A DNA stretch of 31,084 nt, taken from IMG/VR virus record IMGVR_UViG_3300006916_000210, positions 1 to 31,084 of that record; one strand, given 5' to 3'. Position numbers and translations under genes: made by a program. Shown here piece after piece: positions 1 to 8,400 of this stretch. The notes beneath the pieces were generated by a model, which was given only the letters and a program-made list of their open reading frames with translations, was not told where the DNA came from and ran no database searches. Numbering within the stretch: position 1 is the stretch's first letter; each line of letters begins with the position of its first letter. Source of the DNA: a virus. Taxonomy: Duplodnaviria > Caudoviricetes.

Positions 1-57
1 AATTGTTTCTCTCATTTGTTTTACACCATGTTCTTGCGGTGCATCAAATTCTTCCAT
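1..57 (-). CDS. N-terminus of a probable capsid scaffolding protein (runs off the window)
   Basis: ATG at 57 with GGAGG RBS at 68-64; MEEFDAPQEHGVKQMRETI. The function is inferred only from position and the acidic start. Confidence 0.5.
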   Translation of the reverse strand, partial: MEEFDAPQEHGVKQMRETI

Positions 58-69
58 CTTGTACCTCCA

Positions 70-250
70 CTATGTGTTAACCTATCAGACAAGACCATAG
101 GCATCTTGCCGTGGTGCTACCTTACCACTTGACTTGCACCTCTGGTAGCTATAAGCTACAAGTCCATTACTCTACGTATTTAATACAAGCTTTCAACGTA
201 GGCCTGAAAGCCGATTTGATGGTCTATTGTACTGCGGACCTCTCAACGCA
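70..250 (-). ncRNA. Structured 5' leader with two H-type pseudoknots (candidate cis-regulatory RNA)
   Basis: Stem 189-195/205-211 whose loop (196-201) pairs with 172-177; stem 88-94/104-110 whose loop (97-102) pairs with 80-85; G-U pairs fit the minus strand. Confidence 0.55.
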
Positions 251-257
251 TAAAACT

Positions 258-265
258 ATTATACA
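258..265 (-). promoter_or_regulatory. -10 box (TATAAT) for the scaffold/capsid transcript
   Basis: TATAAT at 263-258 just after the upstream stop codon; no convincing -35 at 17-nt spacing. Confidence 0.45.
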
Positions 266-1354
266 CTAACTTGTTGTAAGTCCAGTAATTTTGTCACCTT
301 TTTTCCTAGAACCAGCAACAAAAGAACTTTCAGCTAATGCTTCATTAGTTGCTTTTGCTACAGCTGACATAGCTTCTGTATTACCTATAGCTGATTCCTC
401 TAAATCAGATATATCTAATCCTCTATCTATACTTTGTTCTTGTGTTAAGAATGTTTTTGCTCCACCATATAAACCTTTAGCAGTTTGTCTATCAAAACCA
501 GCTTTTCTTAATCTGTTTGTTCTATCAAAATTAAAATCAAATCCTGCAGCTTTAGCTTCAGCACCTATTTGTAATGTACTTATTTCATTATTAAGTATTG
601 CATCTTGTATATCTGGATTAATTAATCCTGCTAATATAATTTCATTTGTAACATTTTCAATACCATATTGATTTGCATATAATTCAGCAACTTGTGGTAT
701 ATCATCTATAACTGAATCGTATACTGTTGCAACTCTTATATCAAATTCTTCTGGTGCAACACCATTAGTAATCATTTGTTCAAACTGTTTATTAAAACTC
801 TCAGAGTAAGCAATACCATATTCTGATAATGTATTACGATATGAAGCTTTATTAGACATTGCTTCTAATTCGCTCATTACTAAAGCACCACTAACAGGGT
901 CAGTCAAGTATCCAAAGTTATCTTTCCATACTTGTGTTTGCCTAGTCATTGCTAATGCTGTTGCTGTAACTCCTGTTGTTGCCCAATTTTTTGCAAACTC
1001 ATCAATTAATGCTTCTGGAAAAAAAGAAAATGTACCTCTTGCAACAGCTAATCCTGTACCATAACCATAATCAATAGATAAACTTGAATCTCCATCACTT
1101 CCATTAGAACTTGTATCAACTGTTCCTGTTGGACCTGATGGTTCTGTATAATAATTAACTGCTTTATATGCTTCTTCAGAACTACCATCAGACATAGTAA
1201 CAGTTTTATCTGGGTTATATTTAACAACATTTGTTCCTTGAAATTCAGGTAAATCTGTAGTTAATACCCAACCATCTGCTTGATAATCACCAACTAATTC
1301 TTCATCTACATCAGAATATGAACCACCTGGAGTTCTCATTTGTACTAATGCCAT
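266..1354 (-). CDS. Virion-associated protein, probable internal/ejection protein (362 aa)
   Basis: Long ORF translationally coupled in the structural operon; low-complexity N-terminus, helical C-terminus; no catalytic motif seen. Confidence 0.55.
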   Translation of the reverse strand: MALVQMRTPGGSYSDVDEELVGDYQADGWVLTTDLPEFQGTNVVKYNPDKTVTMSDGSSEEAYKAVNYYTEPSGPTGTVDTSSNGSDGDSSLSIDYGYGTGLAVARGTFSFFPEALIDEFAKNWATTGVTATALAMTRQTQVWKDNFGYLTDPVSGALVMSELEAMSNKASYRNTLSEYGIAYSESFNKQFEQMITNGVAPEEFDIRVATVYDSVIDDIPQVAELYANQYGIENVTNEIILAGLINPDIQDAILNNEISTLQIGAEAKAAGFDFNFDRTNRLRKAGFDRQTAKGLYGGAKTFLTQEQSIDRGLDISDLEESAIGNTEAMSAVAKATNEALAESSFVAGSRKKGDKITGLTTS

Positions 1355-2565
1355 TATTTACCAACTCCTATTCTTGTTTGATAATCTTGAACAGGAACTA
1401 TTCCTTGTCCAAATGCTTGCATCATTGCCATAGTTGCATCGTTCTGTGTTTTTTGATAACCACGTTGTAAACCTGTTTCTCTGAGTATTGCGTCTACTTT
1501 ACTTGCATCATTAATTTGTATTAAATCCTGTACAACATCATCTGTTTCATCAATGACTACTCCCCAAATACTTTCAGCTTTATTTAATATAGGTTGTACT
1601 ATATTTTTCCAACTAAAATCTCTGTCATACATTGAATATCCACCTTGAAATCTCATATCTTTAAACTTTTCTATTAACTCATTTTGATAAAAAGAACTTT
1701 GTCTTACTTTACTAGCCTCATATAAAACATCTACATTAGCGTGCATTGCTTTAGGTAACCATATGTCCATAAGATTTTGTATATTAGCTTGTCCACCAGT
1801 AGCTGCTGTAACTGTTCCACCATCTACTACAGCTTTAAAACCCATATCCCATTCAACATCAAAATTATTATCAACAGCTTTAGTTACTTGTTCAATTGCA
1901 GTAGTTCTGCTCCATTCTCCTAATGCCCATTTACTTGCAGCATAGTTAATAGAGTTATCATCTAATTTACCAAGTATATTTGTAACTGAGTTTTTTAATT
2001 GTTTAGCATATTCTTCTTTTAATTTACTAAAACCTAATTCATCTAATAAAGAAATCTTTTTATTATCATACATTTCTTTTGTATAACCTAATTCATTAAT
2101 AATGTCATAAAATCTTGTATCAGTTTCTATATTAGTTTTCCAATTTGTAGAATCTTCTGAACGTAATTCAACTACTAAATCTAAAAAATCTTGATTGTTT
2201 GCCCATGGAAGACGTTCATCTAAGTTTGCTAAAGTTGAAACAGTAGCTTCTATAATGTTTGTACTATCATCAACAATTTCTAAAATATTACCAGCTTTAA
2301 CTAATCTATCACCTTCTACTATTTGTAAATCCCAATCATCTTGATTTATATACATATATCCTTCAATGTTTTTACCAGCTATTAACTTTCCTTGACTATC
2401 AAATTGATTTACAAAACTAGGATTAATGTTAGTTATTGTACTTAAATCAACACCTTTAGATAACTCCCAATAAAGTATTGAAGCTCCATTATCATAAGCT
2501 AAATAAAATGTATTACCGACTTGTATAAGTGTTGTACCTTTAGGTCCAAATGTAACTTCAGCCAT
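1354..2565 (-). CDS. Virion-associated protein, probable internal/ejection protein (403 aa)
   Basis: Long coupled ORF in the structural operon; predicted helical. Confidence 0.5.
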   Translation of the reverse strand: MAEVTFGPKGTTLIQVGNTFYLAYDNGASILYWELSKGVDLSTITNINPSFVNQFDSQGKLIAGKNIEGYMYINQDDWDLQIVEGDRLVKAGNILEIVDDSTNIIEATVSTLANLDERLPWANNQDFLDLVVELRSEDSTNWKTNIETDTRFYDIINELGYTKEMYDNKKISLLDELGFSKLKEEYAKQLKNSVTNILGKLDDNSINYAASKWALGEWSRTTAIEQVTKAVDNNFDVEWDMGFKAVVDGGTVTAATGGQANIQNLMDIWLPKAMHANVDVLYEASKVRQSSFYQNELIEKFKDMRFQGGYSMYDRDFSWKNIVQPILNKAESIWGVVIDETDDVVQDLIQINDASKVDAILRETGLQRGYQKTQNDATMAMMQAFGQGIVPVQDYQTRIGVGK

Positions 2566-4177
2566 TTATTAATCCTTCTATCCAATTGTAATCTTTATTA
2601 TAACGAGACTTTTTAATTTTACGTGGAACTCTACCTATATTGGGTGTTAATTGTGTCATTACAATACTATCCATTCCTAATTTAGAGCTATTTTTTTCAT
2701 TATATTTATCTAATGCTATATCAGTAGGAGAAATTTTAGCCGTCATTTGTAAATTTCCAATGACTTGTTCTTTATAAGATTTGTTATCTTTAATTTTTTC
2801 TTTATCAATACCAGGAAAAAGTATAGGCATTATAGGATTTAATGCTTTTTCTACACCAGGTTCTATTAATGCTCCTAAAATTAAACCAATTTCATAAACA
2901 TCTAATGCATTTATACCATCTATTGCTAATAATTTAGCTTTGTTTTTTAACAATTTAGAAATTTTTACATCTGGAACAATCATAGCTGCATCTGTAAATA
3001 CATTTGGGTCATTTAACTTAGCTGCTCCGAGAGAACCACCAGGTGTGTCTGTTGTAACTAAATAATTATACTGTGCAGATAATTCTTGTTTCCATTTTGA
3101 CATACCTTCTGGTTTTTTTCGTGGGTCAATAGGTTTACCATCAGCATCTAAATCCCAACCTTCTATGTCTGCTAATCTTGCATCTTCTATTGGAGATGGT
3201 TCTTTATAGTCAAAAAATATTGTTTCTAAATCTTCGCTTAAAGGCCAGTTATAAGGAGGTTGTTTATTAAATTCATTTTTAAATAAATCAAGATTAGATG
3301 TAACTTCTTTATTGGTATAATCTAATAATTGTTCTGCTCTATCAGCAGGAAGTCCTTTAACATATTCATCAAAATCTAAATATCTTGTAAGTAAACCTTC
3401 TTGTAATCTTGGATTTTCTATATTATTTTTAATAATTCTTTCTAGTCTAAGTCTTTCATTTACTACATTTGTAGTTGGTCTTGTATATTCTCTAACAAAA
3501 CTTCCTGCTTCTTCTATATCATTAGGGTTAAATTCATTTGCTAAAAATGGTGAATCTGCAATTTCATCCATATATTTATTTATAACATTATCTACATCTT
3601 TTTCTTTAAATCCTTGAAGTTCTAATTTATTTTTAATTTCCATAAAAAATTCTGTATGTGATTCTATTCCATCAATAAAAGATGGATTATTTATAATTTT
3701 ATTTATATCAATATTTGTAGGAATTTTAATATTTGTATTTTTAATTACATTAGTTAAAGCTTCAGCTTGATTAACAGTTCTATCAGGATTACCTGCAAAA
3801 GAATCAGTCAATTTTGTACCTTGGTCTACAATTTTTTTTAATTCTAATATTTTATCTGGATTTTCATTAGCCCATTTTTGCCATAATTGTTGATAAATTC
3901 TTTTACTTTCTTCAATAGGTTTACCAAATAAAATACTATCTTGTGTTGGAGGTCTTCCTTTACCTGATTTTTTAATATCATTTTGCCATACTTCTTCAAT
4001 TGTTTTGCCAGCAAAAATACCTTCTTTAAACGTAGCATTTAAAGCAGAAAATTCTTTACCTAATTGATTACCTTTAGTAGAAACTTCAAAAGTAGATTGA
4101 GCTACTTTAGATTCACCAGCTGCTATACGTTCTCTAGCTATTCTTCTAGCTTTTTCAGCTCTAGTTTCTTCAGCCAT
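2558..4177 (-). CDS. Hypothetical virion-associated protein (539 aa)
   Basis: Long ORF overlapping both neighbours; charged, with one hydrophobic segment (VYEIGLILGALI). Confidence 0.5.
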   Translation of the reverse strand: MAEETRAEKARRIARERIAAGESKVAQSTFEVSTKGNQLGKEFSALNATFKEGIFAGKTIEEVWQNDIKKSGKGRPPTQDSILFGKPIEESKRIYQQLWQKWANENPDKILELKKIVDQGTKLTDSFAGNPDRTVNQAEALTNVIKNTNIKIPTNIDINKIINNPSFIDGIESHTEFFMEIKNKLELQGFKEKDVDNVINKYMDEIADSPFLANEFNPNDIEEAGSFVREYTRPTTNVVNERLRLERIIKNNIENPRLQEGLLTRYLDFDEYVKGLPADRAEQLLDYTNKEVTSNLDLFKNEFNKQPPYNWPLSEDLETIFFDYKEPSPIEDARLADIEGWDLDADGKPIDPRKKPEGMSKWKQELSAQYNYLVTTDTPGGSLGAAKLNDPNVFTDAAMIVPDVKISKLLKNKAKLLAIDGINALDVYEIGLILGALIEPGVEKALNPIMPILFPGIDKEKIKDNKSYKEQVIGNLQMTAKISPTDIALDKYNEKNSSKLGMDSIVMTQLTPNIGRVPRKIKKSRYNKDYNWIEGLING

Positions 4178-5402
4178 TACCAGTTAAAAAACTCATAATA
4201 TCTTCTTGTGCTTCGGTTTTAGCATTAGAAGCTTCTCTTAAACTATTAACATTAGTAGCACGTTCTTGTATTTTATCAGTAGCTATATCTGTTGGTGAAT
4301 CAACATCTAATGTTGCTGCATAATCTGGATTAATTTTTTCCATTGTTACATAATTTTCTATTGGACGTTCAGTAACTGGACTAACACTACTAGATATTCT
4401 TTCAGCAACTGTATTCATAGTTTCATTCATACGTTCAAATTTATCTTTAGCAACTAATGATTGTAGATATGGATTATATTGTTCTGCCATTTGAATAGCA
4501 GTTTCAGATTTTTCTTCATCTGATGGATAATAACCAAACGTTGCATAGTAAGATTCGTCATAAAATTCTTCATATTGTAATTTTGTTTTTGGTCCAAATT
4601 GTTGTCTAATCATATCTTCTGATTTTTTGTCAGTTAACAATTCAGATTGTTTTTTAGCTTCACTTGCATTATCTAACATACGTGTAAAAGCATTGCCAAA
4701 TATTTCTTTTTGTAAAATAATTGCAGGTGGTGTTGTGTTGTTTGCTCTATCTCTATAATCTAAACCACCAAAATAAGTATTAACGTTATAATTAAACGTT
4801 CTATTGTTAATAGTGTCTGTTATATTAGTTAATGCATTTGAAACATTTGTAGAATTTTCATGCCAATCATTCATTTGACTATCTGCATATAAAAATATTT
4901 CATTAATAAAATTAGTTGTTTGTATTCCTTTTTCTCCACCAAGTTCTTCACCAAAATATTCTTCTGTTTTTAATCCAGAAGCTATTGCATCTCTTTGCAT
5001 TCTATCTACTGTTGATGTATTTAATGAAAAAATTAAAGAAGCAACAAAATCATTTTGAAAATGTCCGTTAAAACTAACAGTATTGTAAACTCCTTCTTCA
5101 TTGTATATAGGTTCATTATTATCATCTAATATAGGCATAAGTCTAGGATTATCTAATACAGTTCTATTACCTATACTTGTAAGTGATTGATTGTTAGGTA
5201 CATCGTCTATTATTGGAAAAACATTAGGACCAATTTGTTCAATTGCATTTACTATATCTAAAGTTATTCCAGAAGTTATAGCTTTACTTAATATCTGTTG
5301 TTGTTCAGGTGTTAAAGTGTAATCATCATATATAGAATCAAAATTAAAATCATTAGGTAAACCTACTGTATCTATAATCTCTTGTTTTTGTTCAGGTGTC
5401 AT
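4170..5402 (-). CDS. Hypothetical virion-associated protein (410 aa, acidic)
   Basis: Long ORF coupled by a TAATG overlap to the 1951-aa gene. Confidence 0.5.
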   Translation of the reverse strand: MTPEQKQEIIDTVGLPNDFNFDSIYDDYTLTPEQQQILSKAITSGITLDIVNAIEQIGPNVFPIIDDVPNNQSLTSIGNRTVLDNPRLMPILDDNNEPIYNEEGVYNTVSFNGHFQNDFVASLIFSLNTSTVDRMQRDAIASGLKTEEYFGEELGGEKGIQTTNFINEIFLYADSQMNDWHENSTNVSNALTNITDTINNRTFNYNVNTYFGGLDYRDRANNTTPPAIILQKEIFGNAFTRMLDNASEAKKQSELLTDKKSEDMIRQQFGPKTKLQYEEFYDESYYATFGYYPSDEEKSETAIQMAEQYNPYLQSLVAKDKFERMNETMNTVAERISSSVSPVTERPIENYVTMEKINPDYAATLDVDSPTDIATDKIQERATNVNSLREASNAKTEAQEDIMSFLTGNG

Positions 5403-8400
5403 TAATTATCTCTCATATCTGTAATAAATTCTAGCTTATCTCCATCATTATTATATAGTTTAATAAAGACGCCATTCCAAATATACCAGAAATCAGGGTT
5501 TTTTTCTATAATCTTGTATGCTTGTTGAGCAACAGAAACTCTGACTGCATATGCTTCTTCAGTAGTACTTTCTAACCACCAAGTTTTACTATCAGTTCTA
5601 CTGTATTCTTTTGATATTTCTTCAGCATCTTCAACTACTTTAATAAAATCAAGTAGCCCTTGTGCTGATGGTTGTTGCATAGCTTTTGTATTTGTAGGCC
5701 ATAAATATCTAATTTCATTCCAAATTTCTCCTGCAGGTATAAAAGTTTGTATACCATAATTACTTAAAAATCCAGGATTAGAATATGCTAAAGCATTTCT
5801 TGCATCTCTTTTTTTAACTACTTTTTCTGCATAATTTAATGTAGTATCTTCATCAATTTGTTTTGCTAATCTTTCATATCTAAACCAAGCAACAGAATCG
5901 TTTTGTTGTAATGCAAATTTATCAGGTCTTTTAGTAACACTAAACCATAAATTAGAATAAGTACGTTCTGCTTCAGGATTATCAGGAACTAAATACGCTG
6001 CACTTTTTGGAAAAAGAGTAAGTAACTCATTATTTTTTCTTAGAAAATCAATATTTCTTTTTTCAAAAACTGCTTTTGTACCATCAGTAGATTCTTTACT
6101 ACCAGTAGTTATATATGGATGGTCTATACCATATTTAACATAAAATTCTTCTGCAGCAATAGTTGAATCAGAATTGTTTTTTATTAGTATTTTATTGTAT
6201 TCATTAGCTAACATTTGTGTTGCCCACCATTTACCATTTTTATCTTTAACTGTAAATATAGGTTTAAATCCAGTAGGAAGTATTTCCTGTGCTATAGCTC
6301 TAATTAAAAATAATGATTTAGCTTTATGAGCTGAGTATTGTAACAAAGCATCTGTTAATGTTTGTTCTGTTAGCTCGCCTTTTGCTGGACCTTGTTCACT
6401 ATATAATGCTACTTTACGTCTACCATTCCAATCTTCATTTATATATCTAATATATTTATCTAATACACCAGACTTTAATAGTCTTTCTTCATCGTAACCT
6501 GCACGTATATTACTATAAATATCAATAGTTGTTTCTGCTCTCATACTGTCATATTCATCAGTAGAAGTTAACCATTCTTTAACATTATTATCAGAATCAA
6601 TTCTTCTTTCAGAACCTGGTCCTGAAGATAACCCCTCTGCAAGTAATTCAAATGGGTTTCCAGCTGCTATTAATTTTTTAGCAAAAGGAGGTGGAGATAG
6701 TATTGCTTCAGTTATTTCATCTGGTGGAGCAAACGGCCCAAAAAACTGTTCTCTTAGTTCCATTTTTGCATCCATTTTATCAAATACTTTATTTAAAGCA
6801 AAAGCTACTATTGAGTTAGGACCTGGAGTTAAACTTGTACTTAATAAGTTTACACCTGCTATATTGCCAGCTGCAGTCATTCCTGCTTGTGCTTGTTCTA
6901 ATCCTAAATCTTTTGGAAATACTAAATTACTTATTTTTGAATTAAAAGGATATAAAAATAAATCGTCACCACTACCATTAGGGTCTGGTGAAAACCATCC
7001 TTGTCCTTGAAAATTATACGCACCAGCAGATGATTTTAGTCCTTTGTATAATAAATTACCCTCACGTATTTTATAAGGATTTTTAGCAGCTAATCTTCCC
7101 CAAGTTTTTCCCATTTCAAACCAAACTTCAGGGAAAGGAAATATATTTCTAGTTATTTCAGAAAGTTGATGTCTTTCAGAAGCATCATATAATAACTGTT
7201 GAGTACCTTTTAAACCAAACTGACTAGCTAATTCGCTTGTTGCTCTATAACTTCCTGTTTTACCAGATTGACCTAGTAGTTGCATACCAACAAGTTCATC
7301 AATAGCTTTTTTTGGTATCTTTGCATCTTTAAATTCTTTAATATATTTAGTTTGTAATTTTTTAGTATACGTAGGAAACTGTGCAGCAACATACATATAT
7401 CTGTATTGTTTAAAAGCAGGTGACCTATTAAGTCTTGATAGTGGTTCTGTTAACAAAAAGTTAAAAGATGTATTCCAAAATTCTGCCATTAAATCAGCTC
7501 CTCTACCTAAACTTGTAGAAGCTAATCTACTTTTTTTAGGCATCATTACTTTACCAAAATCAACTGATACAATTTCATCACTACCAGCAATATAATTTTG
7601 TATTTCTCTATAAATAGCTTGTTGTTGTTTTCTACCCCAATTTTTTACAAAAGGTGCTTTTTCCATATCAGGCATCATAGAAATGTAATCATCTGGATTA
7701 GTAACATCTCCTCCATGTTTTAATAATTTATCTGTCCATAAAGCTTCTCTTATTTGTAAGTTTCCACTATTTTCTACTGCATTATGATTAAAAATATATG
7801 TTTCGTCAATTTGTTTAAATCTATCTACGCCTTCTTGCATTATATGACCTGTTCGCATTCTTATGTCAGCTTCTAAAACAGATAAATATTCCATCATTTT
7901 GTCATGTTTAGAAACAATTTGTCTATATCTATCTCCTGTTTCTTGTATTAAATCTAATGCCATATCTTTTGCTTCTCTAGTTCTAGCCCAAGCTTCTAAT
8001 TCAGGTCCCCAACCTAATCTTGCTACAACTCTTGACATTGGATTATTTCTTATATGTTGCAATTGTGTATTTATTGCTGATGCTCCTGCAATACTTTTTG
8101 CATCTACAGCTACCCAATTGTATCCTTTAACACTCTGACTTCTATAATCTATACCTTGATAAGACCAGTTTGCATTTACAGCTTCACTAAAATATTGCGA
8201 ACTTAATATTTCATTAGTATCGTTACCAGAATCCATAAATTTTTCTGCTAATTTTCTAGTACGACTACGCTTAGGAAGCTGTCCATAAGAATATACCCAT
8301 GATAAATAATCTCTAGGATTTGTAAATATACCGTCTAATCCTTCAAATATAAATCTAGCTTGTTCTTCTAAACCTACTCTAAATGATAAAGCTTGTTTAA

